Positions 1-11,099 of a stretch of 47,229 nt of DNA are shown here, piece after piece. The notes below the pieces were generated by a model, which saw only the letters and a list, made by a program, of their open reading frames with translations, did not search any database and was not told the origin of the DNA. A program made the translations under genes and the position numbers. Position 1 is the first letter of the stretch; every line of letters begins with the position of its first letter. This DNA comes from Octopus bimaculoides. Its lineage: Eukaryota. Location: assembly GCF_001194135.2 (NCBI RefSeq), contig NC_069006.1:558009-605237 (forward strand), written 5' to 3'.

Positions 1-13
1 TATATATATTACA

Positions 14-133
14 TTTTATTTCAGTCATTAGACTACGCCCATATTGGGGCGCGGCCTTGGAAAAGTTTCAGTCGATTGAATCAACCCCAGTATGGCCGCA
101 ATCAAATGATTGAAATAAGTAAAAGAATAAAAG
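14..133. mobile_element. Two SINE-A 3'-end fragments in opposite orientation (minus ~14-90, plus ~91-133)
   Basis: TTTCAGTCATTAGACT...AGTCGATTGAATCAACCCCAGTA is the reverse complement of the SINE-A end; TATGGCCGCAATCAAATGATTGAAATAAGTAAAAGAATAAAAG is the plus-strand end (cf. 10611-10650). Confidence 0.7.
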
Positions 134-169
134 TATGAGTATATGTGTGTTTGTGTGTATGCATCTGTG

Positions 170-380
170 TTCATACCGTGTTTGTTCCCCACCACCACTA
201 CTTAACAACCGGTGTTGGGTTGTTTACGTCTTCGTATCCTTAGCGGTTCAGCAAAAAGATCGATAGCACAAGAACGCTACTTATAAAAAAAACGCAGAAA
301 AGTACAGATGCTGATGTGTTCTACGAAAACCCTATAAAGCGTTGCCCCAGCATGGCCGCAAAATGAATGATTGAAACAAC
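170..380 (+). mobile_element. SINE-A 3' half
   Basis: ACAACCGGTGTTGG..., TTAGCGGTTCAGCAAAA, CCAGCATGGCCGCA...ATGATTGAAAC match the full copy at 10272-10650. Confidence 0.75.
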
Positions 381-1182
381 AGTTTAAAACAACCGTCGCA
401 TTGCTCTGTCTCTCTCTCTCTCTCTCTTTACACTCTGGTCATTTAAACTCAATCGCTTAGACACGCTTATCTGTGCGCTATCAATTAGTTTCGCCTGTGT
501 ACAAAGTCAATTATCGCTTAATCTCGTCTAATTACAAAGCCGTTAACGCCTCGTCTGCCCCCATATATCCATTGGATAATTTAGTAATTAGGTTCTTCCC
601 CCTGCCACCACCACCAACAACAATAACACCACCACCATCACCACCATTAACACCCCTGCTACATAAATTAGACCGTTTCTTCTTAGGCTGGCAGTCAATT
701 ATCGGTTATCGATTAGTGTCGTCTCTCTCTATAAATATGTGATCAGTTGATCTCAGATGTCTGTCTGTGTGTCTGTGTTTGTTTTCTGTGTTTTTTTTCA
801 AAGATTAGTTCTGTCTTTTCAGTAGCAATATTGTATCCATTAGTTACGTCAGACAACAGCGAACTATTTATGTATTTTTTTCTGGCCTTTTGTATTTTCT
901 GTTTCTTTTGTCTAGATTTTTTTCCAACATTTTGTTTATAATGTAGACAAAATATTATGTAGAAGAGTAAATGTAGATCGGTTGAATTCTCAGTGCGTCG
1001 AACAATGAATTTGCGGCTGCTACTACTACTACTACTATTAGTATTACTACTACTAGCACTGCTGTTGCTGAAGCTGACGTTACCATAGCTACTGCTGCTG
1101 CTATTACTGCAGCAGATGTTTCTAGTTTTGCTGCTACTATCACTGATAATAATAATAATAATTTTAATAATAATAATAATAA

Positions 1183-1393
1183 TTTCTACTATAGGCACAA
1201 GGCCTGAAATTTGTGGGGAGGGTGTAAGTCGATCACATCGACCCCAGTGCTCAACTGGTACTTGTTTTTCGACCCTGAGAAGATGAAAGGCAAAGTCGAC
1301 CTCGGCGGAATTTGAACTCGGAACTTGAAGACAGACGAAATGCTTCTAAGCATTTCGCCCGACGTGTTAACGGTTCTGCCAGCTCGCCATCTT
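1183..1393 (-). mobile_element. SINE-B full-length copy with (AAT)n tail at 1146-1182
   Basis: GATGAAAGGCAAAGTCGACCTCGGCGGAATTTGAACTC (B-box GAGTTCAAATTCC on minus), ATCGACCCCAG, and head GCCAGCTCGCC; shared with the copies at 11-14 kb. Confidence 0.85.
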
Positions 1394-1449
1394 ACTACTA
1401 CTACTACTAATAATAATAATGCTGCTGCTTCCGTTGCTGATATTACTAC

Positions 1450-1450
1450 T

Positions 1451-1492
<42 letters not shown>
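1450..1492. repeat. (GTA)n microsatellite
   Basis: Direct reading. Confidence 0.95.
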
Positions 1493-1904
1493 TCGCTGCT
1501 GGTAATGCCATTCTAGTAATGTAGGCATATATGTTCAAGTCTTATGACTGGGGGGAGATAAGGTAGAGCAAGTGCTGTGCTGTTAACAGTTGTTGAGGTA
1601 GAAATACACACCCACAGCTCTTCTCTCTCCTGGGAACACCTACTACTTTTTTATTAATGGCATAGCAGTTCCTTCTCATTTCTAAGATTATTATTTCCGT
1701 TTCGTTTGAAGTCGGTCGCAGTTGCCACCTAGCGTTTGTTCACCATCTTTAGAAACGAAGATAATTTCAGTACATCAAGAATTCACCTTTTATGGTAATT
1801 AATATACTTTTATTCTTAGTCTTTGTTGTCCAAATTCGTGAAGCTAGCCAATTTCTCCAAGACCATGTGTGTTTTAAGTAAATAAATAAATAAATATATT
1901 CATG

Positions 1905-2030
1905 GTTGATGTTTAGATCAGCAAGGTCAGCACTGGTCGAGTAGACCTAGAATAAGCAGCATCTCGGCCGTGACCGTCACATCTATGAGGGATAGAGAGA
2001 TTTGGCTGCTAGTTCTAACAAGTTCAACAA
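1905..2030 (-). mobile_element. Family E short repeat copy
   Basis: CTGGTCGAGTAGACCTA...GCCGTGACC and GAGATTTGGCTGCTAGTTCTA motifs shared with six other copies; strand inferred from the (CAA)n-like tail. Confidence 0.55.
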
Positions 2031-2032
2031 CT

Positions 2033-2131
2033 AGGCATGGTTCAGTGGTTATGAAGCTCGCTTCATCACCACGTGGTTTCAGGTTCAGACTCGTAGTGCG
2101 GCACCTTCTATTATAATTCCGGGTCGAATCC
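2033..2131 (+). mobile_element. SINE-A tRNA-like head fragment
   Basis: AGGCATGGTTCAGTGGTTATGAAGCTCGCTT...CAGGTTCAGACTC...GCGGCACCTT, a degenerate version of 10272-10350. Confidence 0.55.
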
Positions 2132-2354
2132 TCTTGCAATCTCAGTGAGCCCCACTACACATCCTGTAGACCCTCATCTAATAGAGCCGTTCAATTCTCT
2201 GTCATATTAATACACTCTCGCTCTCGAGAACAGCGGAGGATGTTATGTCGTGACATTTTCACATCGGTAAACACCTGGCGTTGTTTTCTATGTTGTCGTT
2301 GTTGTTGTTGTTGTTGTTGCTGATACTGTTCTCGTTCTAGTTGTTATTGTAGTA

Positions 2355-2545
2355 CTAATCTTAGTTGTTCAGCCCCAGGGTAGCCCTCATAGAACAAACC
2401 TATGATCAGAGGTATTTGAGTATTGACCATCCCAGATTATTTTCAGACGCAGTCGATTTAGGATGACACGATCCAAAATGTCGTTTGGGATATTTGGCTG
2501 ATATTTTTAGCACGAAAATTGGTAGCGTAGAGACTCCCTCCTAAA
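2355..2545 (-). mobile_element. Family E short repeat copy
   Basis: TTGTTCAGCCCCAGGGTAGCCC...ACCTATGATCAGAGG...TGACCATCCC...GATATTTGGCTGATATTTTTAGC; (TTG)n tract just upstream. Confidence 0.6.
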
Positions 2546-2579
2546 CATATTACTTTTGTCGGGTCGGTCTCTTGCTACT

Positions 2580-2850
2580 CTGCATGGAATCTTGGACAAG
2601 TGTCTTAATATAACTCCGGGCCGACCAAAGCCTTGTGTGTAGATTTGCCAGACGCGAAGTGAGAGAAGCCTGTCGTGTGTATGTGTGTGCGTGTATAATT
2701 ACGTTTGTGTGACTGTGCGTGAGTGTGTCTGTCTGTCAATCTGTCTTTGTGCTTGTCCCTCCACCACTGCCGGTATTGTACACCAACCTGTAACTTAGCA
2801 GTTCAGCAAAAGAGACCGATAAGTCGAATAAGTGAAGCAAGTAAAAGGAA
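2580..2850 (+). mobile_element. SINE-A body (head lost)
   Basis: CTTGGACAAGTGTCTT, CCGGGCCGACCAAAGCCTTGTG, GAAGCCTGTCGTG, TAACTTAGCAGTTCAGCAAAAGAGACCGATA. Confidence 0.75.
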
Positions 2851-2985
2851 AAAGGCATACACACACACATACAAATATTTCATACATACATATATAATAT
2901 ATATATATTTATGTGTATATCTATACGCATATATATATATCTAGACGCATATATATGTGTGCGTGTGTATATGTATATCTATACG

Positions 2986-2996
<11 letters not shown>

Positions 2997-3063
<67 letters not shown>
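2997..3063. repeat. (TA)n microsatellite within a compound TA/CA/GA tract (~2860-3150)
   Basis: Direct reading; source of the YIYIYI ORFs. Confidence 0.95.
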
Positions 3064-3064
<1 letters not shown>

Positions 3065-3235
3065 GCATACATATACACATATATATGTATACACATATAT
3101 AGACATATATACAAACCCACACACATATTTAGAGAGAGATAGTGTGAGAGAGAGGACGAAGATCAAACGAAAGCAAAATATTATAGTAAATATATTTTAT
3201 TAAGAAAAGCGTGAAAAGTACAATGAATGCAACAC

Positions 3236-3267
<32 letters not shown>

Positions 3268-4049
3268 CATAGTTGTATTATGTATGTACATATATCTTAG
3301 TATTATGAGTGTTATGTGCGCTCGCGTTTGTGTGGTAACGTTATCATTTCTGATATATATCTCTCAACAAGAGCAATAATCCTGTGAGCGGTGAAAACAG
3401 TCTTATCTTTCGTCTCGCCATCAACCGGTCTGCTGTAACGAAACTAATTTGCACAGAGACCTGCCAAAGCTAGGCTCTTCTTTCACAGTATTCTTCCGAA
3501 CCATTCTTTCCAAATATATCTATCTATCTATCTATCTATCCATTTGCACAAACATTCACTCTCTAATACATACACGTGCAGTATGCACAAGTGTAAGCAT
3601 GTGTGTGCGTGCGTGTGTGTGTGTGCATATATATGTATATATGTATATATATATATAGATAGATAGATAAAAAGAGAGAGGGGAATTCACACACACCAAT
3701 AGAACTTACTTATTCACACGAATCCACAACAAAAACTGAAGATACGAAACTCGGAGTAAGGACGAAGGGTAACCTCGAATTCGGGTATGTGTGTGTGTGC
3801 GTGTGAGTGTATACGTGTGTCTGTGTGTGTCTATATATATGTAGGTATAGAGGTATGTGTATGTATTTATGTGTGTGATTTTGAGAGAGAGTATGTTTTC
3901 TGTTCATGATTATTAAGTTCTCTCAACGGAATGGTGCTGTACATTTTGGCACCCGTCCTGCAAAGGGTGTACGTGGATTCGGGTGTGTGCGTGCGTGTTA
4001 TTAACACAGACAGGTGGTGTGTGGGTACCGGGTGCTCCGATGCTAATGG

Positions 4050-4610
4050 CGGCGGCGGTGGTGGTGGTGGTGTGTGCATACAAGTTCTAGCATACAAACA
4101 AATATCCACTAGTAGCAGCAGCAGTAGTAATAGTAGTAGTAGTGTAGTAGTAGTAGTAGTAGTAGCATTAATTGTGGTAGTAGTAGAAGTAAATAAGTTA
4201 TATATGGTCTCCACCGCGCCCTTCCGTCGCTAACACTACAACACAGTGCTATCCACTGCTATGCCACTACTACCTATACCACTATTGCAGCTAACACTGT
4301 TCACCACTAGTTTCACTATTCCCGCCACCGACATCACCATTAATAACGTCACTAGCACCACTAACGGCACCACTGCAACCGCCACCACCACCTGTAACAT
4401 CCCTTCATCCCAACCACCACCACAAATGTCACCGCTATGACTAACATCATTACCTCTTGTACCGTCGCCACTAGTAACACCTGCACCACCACCATCACAG
4501 ACTTCAACTATCATCTCCACCGAAGTAACAGCCACGGTAACACCAGCATCGCCGATCCGATACTAACATCGCCACTACAATTAACCGCACCATTACCGTC
4601 GTCACAACAT
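4050..4610. repeat. Degenerate trinucleotide low-complexity region: (GGT)/(TAG) then (CAC)/(ACT)
   Basis: Direct reading; produces poly-V/T/G ORFs on both strands. Confidence 0.85.
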
Positions 4611-5272
4611 ACCTACCTACCATAAACAAACAAACAAACAAACAAATGAATAAATGTATATATATATATATATATATAAGTGAATAAAAATAAAATGCAA
4701 CCATCACACCACCACCAATAATTGGCGGTAAGCAGAAATATCTGACATGAATTTAGATACATAGAGAACCGGAGTGGAAAATTAACCTGCTTAATATATA
4801 TATCTGTGTGTGTATGTATATATATGTTTGAGCCTGCGTTATTTTATATGGAATTTACCACCACCACCGTCACCACTAAAAAAAATAAATGAATATGGAA
4901 AATTTATTTATAGCAAAATAAAAAATATAATCCAAAAACAAAATCAACCTAGATATGTACAGCATGCTAGGAATAATATAGTTACGTAACGGGGAGTTAA
5001 CCGTGAAACGATTATAAATCCGGCGATGTTTATAATTGTAATTTTATTCCCACAGTCATTTTGCTGTCTACTAAGAGGTACCAACAACATGATGGTGATA
5101 TTTAAGCATTTCACTGAGATAATGAGAGTAAGATCAATGAAACTCGGTTGGTCCTTACCAAAGATGAAAGACAAATAAGCAAACACACACACACACACAC
5201 ACAAATATATTTCTTTTCTTCGTTTCAGAAGCAAAGAATCAAATAGTTTTTCATAGATTTTTCAAAATCTAC

Positions 5273-5650
5273 TTGTTTTAGTCACTGGACGGCAGCCTTG
5301 CTGGAGCAAAGCATTGAAAAGGCTTAGTCGAACAAATCGCCCCACCCCGTGCTTAACTTTTGAAAATCTAGTACTTACTCTAGCAGTGTCTTCTACTGAA
5401 CCGCTAAGTTACACACGTAAACAAACCAACACCGGTTGTCAAGCTATAAGGAGATTATCACAAACACGCACATGTACATACATATGTAGACATGATGGGC
5501 TTTCACACGGTTTCCGTCTCCTAAATTCACTCACAAGATATTGGTCAGCCAGGGGCTATAACAGCAGACAGCCAAGGTTCAGCGTAGTGGAAGTGAACCC
5601 GAAATCACTGGTTCAAAACGAGATTCTTAACTGCATAGCCATGGCTGCAC
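5273..5650 (-). mobile_element. Old full-length SINE-A
   Basis: Reverse complement carries all SINE-A blocks in order (AGTCGAACAAATCG, GAACCGCTAAGTTAC, GTTTCCGTCT..AAATTCACTCACAAG, head ...ATAGCCATGGCTGCAC). Confidence 0.75.
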
Positions 5651-5787
5651 TGATTTTTATCAAAAAAAAAAAAAGGATTTTTACTTGCTTCCGCCCCTAA
5701 TCTCAAAAACTTAAAACATCTAGGTTTCTTATCTTCTATGCTTCATCTTCATTGTATTAACCCCTACCAAACGTTTCCGGTGGTAGT

Positions 5788-6501
5788 NNNNNNNNNNNNN
5801 NNNNNNNNNNNNNNNNNNNNNNNNNNNNNNNNNNNNNNNNNNNNNNNNNNNNNNNNNNNNNNNNNNNNNNNNNNNNNNNNNNNNNNNNNNNNNNNNNNNN
5901 NNNNNNNNNNNNNNNNNNNNNNNNNNNNNNNNNNNNNNNNNNNNNNNNNNNNNNNNNNNNNNNNNNNNNNNNNNNNNNNNNNNNNNNNNNNNNNNNNNNN
6001 NNNNNNNNNNNNNNNNNNNNNNNNNNNNNNNNNNNNNNNNNNNNNNNNNNNNNNNNNNNNNNNNNNNNNNNNNNNNNNNNNNNNNNNNNNNNNNNNNNNN
6101 NNNNNNNNNNNNNNNNNNNNNNNNNNNNNNNNNNNNNNNNNNNNNNNNNNNNNNNNNNNNNNNNNNNNNNNNNNNNNNNNNNNNNNNNNNNNNNNNNNNN
6201 NNNNNNNNNNNNNNNNNNNNNNNNNNNNNNNNNNNNNNNNNNNNNNNNNNNNNNNNNNNNNNNNNNNNNNNNNNNNNNNNNNNNNNNNNNNNNNNNNNNN
6301 NNNNNNNNNNNNNNNNNNNNNNNNNNNNNNNNNNNNNNNNNNNNNNNNNNNNNNNNNNNNNNNNNNNNNNNNNNNNNNNNNNNNNNNNNNNNNNNNNNNN
6401 NNNNNNNNNNNNNNNNNNNNNNNNNNNNNNNNNNNNNNNNNNNNNNNNNNNNNNNNNNNNNNNNNNNNNNNNNNNNNNNNNNNNNNNNNNNNNNNNNNNN
6501 N
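5788..6501. other. Assembly gap (N-run)
   Basis: Direct reading. Other gaps: 11929-11938, 14817-14841, 17903-17912, 18228-18858, 20695-20704, 30834-31314, 37117-37126, 41508-41657, 44971-45221. Confidence 1.
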
Positions 6502-6550
<49 letters not shown>

Positions 6551-6552
<2 letters not shown>

Positions 6553-6720
6553 GATGGGCTTCTTTCAGTTTCCGTCTACGAAATACACTCACAAGGCTTT
6601 AGTCGGCCCGAAGCTACAGTAGAAGACACTTGCCCACCCAAGGTGCCACACGATGGGACTGAGCCCAGAACCATGCGGTCGGAACGCAAGCTTTTTATCA
6701 CACAGCCACGACTGAACCTA
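6551..6720 (-). mobile_element. SINE-A 5' half (rest probably in the gap)
   Basis: GGGCTTCTTTCAGTTTCCGTCTAC...CACTCACAAGGCTTT...AGAAGACACTTGCCC...AAGGTGCCAC...CACACAGCCAC. Confidence 0.85.
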
Positions 6721-8003
6721 TATTATATATATATATATAAAATTGCGCACACATACATATATATGACTTATTTAAATGACAAAGGAACAGGAATTATTTA
6801 ATCAACTTCATTATCTTACATGTGTTTCTGCAGTTCACTGAGAGCTGAGTGTTTGTGCATCATTTTTATATTTTCATCGGAGCCTTTAAAATGAGGGTGT
6901 ATCTTTATTTCGGAAAGTATTTAAATACACAGAAAAGATTACCTTCCAAAAGATAAATATACATATGCAATGCTACACCTTTTGCGGGAAGGAAGGCACT
7001 CTCAGAAATATGCAGATTTAGGTGATATTTATTTACACAGGCGTATGATGAACGCACACACATGCATATATAATTATTCATACACATACAGAAACACATA
7101 ATACTCATTTAAACAGGTACATGTCAATATATCCTGCTCTCGCTCTCTCTCTCCATATATATGTATATATATACATATATATATATCACCGCATAACTTT
7201 TTCTTCCAGCTTTAAATACATTAGCTTTAACTAAACTATTGCTTTGTATTTCACAAGTTTGACGTCTCCGAATATAATGTATTATTTCACAAAAGAAAAT
7301 CAAGGTAATAAACGTCTGTTCCTACAAGGTAATAATAATTGGCGAAAATGTCAGGTTTATTAGCTAATATTTGTGGAAAATATCTCGTATATTAAACAAT
7401 CTTTGATGCCAATGTCTAGTCTGTTATCTTTAATTTAAGGACTATGTCTGCTCTATTAAGCAATATCTGAGACCGATGTCGGATTTATTGAACGAAATTT
7501 GAATATAATATGAGGTGTATTAGCCTTTCATAGATAACAACATCTGATCTATTTGTACAAATCATTGTCAGAGTGTTGATAAGACTAAATGATGATGTGT
7601 TAAGCATATTGAATTAGTGGTTACGAGATAATAAAGCAGTAATATATTATATATGTATAATCTATGTATAATTATTTGTTGAGGAAATAAAATTTATTCG
7701 TGGGCGTTCACAAAATGACTTTCAAAGCAACGACGTTGATATTTTCGCGTCTTTCGTCAGGTTCTACCTATATTTATCTGTGTATATGAATACATACATA
7801 CATACATAATATAAATATATATGTATGTATGTATCTGTACATACATCTAATATAATGAATGCGAAAACTAGTTTCTGTGTCACACTTTGACCCCATCTCT
7901 CACTATTCAATCACACTTCCTCGTGCTGGGGCGAGACAAAAAAATTACGGAGAGTTGATGTTTTATTAAAAGTAGTAGTGTTGATGGTGGTAATGGGAGT
8001 AAT

Positions 8004-8006
<3 letters not shown>

Positions 8007-8101
<95 letters not shown>

Positions 8102-8102
8102 G
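8007..8102. repeat. (GA)n microsatellite
   Basis: Direct reading. Confidence 0.95.
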
Positions 8103-8392
8103 GGGGGAGGGTATGTGAAAGAAAGACGGAGTTGATGTACAACTTTCCTGGAAAGAAATTCCTGTGGCCAGCATACTGAATCAACTGCTGAACACTATCA
8201 TTTTTGTTTTATTATTTTTTTTCCTTTCTTTAATACATACATACATATATGTGTGTTTGGGCTATCATACCAAATGGTATGATAGCCCAACATATACCAT
8301 TTTAGAATCAGGCTGACTCCGTAAGTAAACTAAAAGTATTCCGGGCCGAATACGAACCGGCAATCCTGAAATTTTGGACTCCTATGTTTTCA

Positions 8393-8700
8393 TTACTGCG
8401 TTTGTTTTCTGCACCCTGAGAAGGGCCATTCAACAAGCTGATCTTCTATCACTAATGGACACACTCCAAAATGTGTATTGTCTCCTTTCTCTGTCTTTCC
8501 TAAAGCTACTTTAATGACCTCCGTTCCATGGAACTGACTGGCCTCGTATGTCCACCAATTTAGCATCTTCTCCGACACCTTCAAGCTTCCAGCTCGCATC
8601 ACAATTGGTGCTTTCAAAATTCTCGTCCTCCTCTGAGTGTTAAACCCAGTACTTACTCTCCGAAACATCGACCTTCAGTAATCTTCTCGTTGCTCTACTC
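8393..8700 (-). mobile_element. Possible highly degenerate RTE-type LINE ORF C-terminal remnant
   Basis: Minus-strand peptide fragments NTQRRTRILK, SWKL/KVSEKML, WTY..VPW and THFG loosely recall the RTE C-terminal region (..R.RILK..YGCE.W....EMW.YRR.L.I.W..YFGH). Needs frameshifts; weak. Confidence 0.3.
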
Positions 8701-8821
8701 CAGCAGGTGTCGACGCGCAACAATTTAGGCAGAAAATTAAGAGCATTAATTTCAGCATGATTGCAGATTCTTTCAGAGGCCATGGAGAATGTCTCCTTAA
8801 TCCAGAATAAGAAATAAATAA

Positions 8822-8852
<31 letters not shown>

Positions 8853-8979
8853 ATGTTATCGTATTTGGGTTGCGTCAAGTCTCTTGACACCCTGGAGTTT
8901 TGCCTGTGCGTTCAAAGGAGCATCCGACAAGTTATGACTCTTTCTTCCGACACACACACATACATATACACGTGTGTGT

Positions 8980-8980
<1 letters not shown>

Positions 8981-9055
<75 letters not shown>
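8981..9055. repeat. (GA)n microsatellite
   Basis: Direct reading. Confidence 0.95.
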
Positions 9056-9656
9056 AAGGAACAAACAAACAAAAAGAAAAAAGAGATATGCATGAACGGC
9101 AGCATGTGGTAGAAACCTCGGAGTAGCAACGATGTGAGTTACAAACACACCACACACATTAACATACCTGCTGATAAATATCAAACTTTACAACATATGT
9201 TAGGAGCTCTTTCGATTACTATAAAAATAATGTATGCATGTCTATAGATGAATACGTGTGTGTGCGAATGTATAGACACATACACACATGCTTTATATGT
9301 ATGCGTGTATATGGTTGTGTGGGTGTGTTTGTTGTGTCTATGTCCGTACGTGTATGTATGTTTAGATCTACCTACATAGAAAAGAACAAAGAAACGATCC
9401 AATTAAGACAACCATACACATACATCGCAGGCACGCATCACCATCACCACACAGGCAACCCATAGGCCCACATACACGACCATCACCACCACCAGACACA
9501 CAACATACTCGAAAATTCAACTACATTAAATTTAATCCGCCTTCATTGAGCAATGTCCGTGTCAATATTACATCTGTCACATTTAGAATTACAATCTACA
9601 GACAGACGTTGTCATATAAATATTTATATCAATATAGATATTTTAATATGTATATG

Positions 9657-9690
<34 letters not shown>

Positions 9691-9885
9691 TGTGTGTCTG
9701 TGTGTGTTTTCTTATCTTAGTATCTGTGTGTGAGTAGTTTGAGGTAGTGATATTTTTTTTTCTTGCTCAGCTATTTCATCCGTTTTTTTTTTTATGCAAG
9801 TGTTTGTTTTTCGACACATTTGTTCTCTCTGGATAGACTTGTAATCAGCTGGTAGTACTGTTCACAAAGGAATTCTGGCTTCGTA

Positions 9886-9937
9886 CACTCTCTGATGAGA
9901 AAGACAGTTCTCGAAACAGAAGGTACTGTAACAGAAG
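9886..9937 (+). ncRNA. Candidate degenerate type I hammerhead ribozyme motif
   Basis: CTGATGA (9892-9898), imperfect stem II, GAAA (9913-9916), 4-bp stem III ACAG/CTGT with 6-nt loop, GUA triplet ending at 9930, partial stem I. Confidence 0.45.
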
Positions 9938-10271
9938 ACACGCTACGAGATGATATGTCTTCTGTTACAGAACAGTCATAGAGTGGAAATCATGTTCATT
10001 CTTTCTATTGGGCTATTCTTTCACTTTATAGACACATGTCCTGCAGTCCTAAATAATTTTACATCATATAATTAATTGGTGAGCAGTTAGTGAAGAGAAA
10101 ACTTGTTAATGGTTACTAATGTGCATCTTGTAGAGTAATTACGTGTCTCATCACCGTGTGTGTGTGTATGTGTGCATACATATATACCCTGAATTTGAAT
10201 CACGTGATTGCAAAGCGAGCTTCTTAACCACACGACCATGATGCCTGCATTTATATATTCTGTATCTGGAT

Positions 10272-10650
10272 AGGCGCAGGAGTGGCTGTGTGGTAAGTAG
10301 CTTGCTTACCAACCACATGGTTCCGGGTTCAGTCCCACTGCGTGGCACCTGGGGCAAGTGTCTTCTGCAATAGCCTCGGACGGACCAAAGCCTTGTGAGT
10401 GGATTTGGTAGACGGAAACTGCAAGAAGCCCGTCGTGTATATATATACATGTATTTATGTTTGTGTGTATGTGTTTGTCCCCCAACATCGCTTGACAACC
10501 GATGGTGGTGTGTTTACCTAGTTTCGTCAAAAGAGATCGATAGAATAAGTACTAGGCTTACAGAGAATAAGTCCTGGGGGTCGATTTGCTCGACTAAATG
10601 CGGTGCTCCAGCATGGCCACAGTCAAATAATTGAAACAAGTAAAAGAGTA
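10272..10650 (+). mobile_element. Full-length SINE-A (tRNA-derived head, CORE-like block, internal TA/TG linker, GTAAAAGA tail)
   Basis: A-box-like TGGCTGTGTGG, B-box-like GGTTCAGTCCC, GGCACCTGGGGCAAGTGTCTTCT, 3' block GGGGTCGATTTGCTCGACTAAA..CCAGCATGGCCACAGTC..TGAAACAAGTAAAAGAG. Resembles Octopus tRNA-derived SINEs (OK/OR families) as I recall them; family name not verified. Confidence 0.9.
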
Positions 10651-10658
10651 TATACACA

Positions 10659-10935
10659 TATTCTTGCTTGTCTTTTATTCTTCAACATTTGTATGTTTTG
10701 TCCTCTTGGTGTATTCTTGTATTCCTCTGTTATATTCTTGCATTCTTGTGCTAATGTATTTTTCTATTCATATATTCCTTTATGTCGATCTTCACGTTAT
10801 CTTCAGTTGTTGAATCCTAGTATTCTTCTATTCATATATTCATGTATTCCTTGCGTTCTCGTGTTACTCTATTCTTGTGTTCTTGTATTCTTGTCGTTTG
10901 TTGTTGCTATTTTGTATTCTTGCATTCTTCCGTTT
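10659..10935. repeat. Degenerate 8-bp tandem repeat (TATTCTTG)n
   Basis: Many in-phase TATTCTTG/CATTCTTG/TATTCTTC/TATTCATG units. Confidence 0.7.
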
Positions 10936-11064
10936 TTGTCTTCTAGAATAAGAAGTGAACTAGCTCAACCCATACTTTGCGAAGGCGCAACAATAAATGG
11001 GAACAAATCGAGTAAAAACAACAAAAGCAGCTAAAAGTAACAAAGACGACAATAGCGTTGAAGG

Positions 11065-11099
<35 letters not shown>

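Noticed and set aside
3747-3772. CTGAAGA-TAC-GAAA-CTCGGAGT-A hammerhead-like core
   Set aside because: Only 3 nt where stem II should be, and no stem I pairing.
6815-6850. Minus-strand GAAACACATGTA resembling a hammerhead 3' half
   Set aside because: The CUGANGA core is absent.
7794-7834. 15-bp hairpin (ATAC)n/(GTAT)n
   Set aside because: Inverted microsatellites; expected in this repeat landscape.
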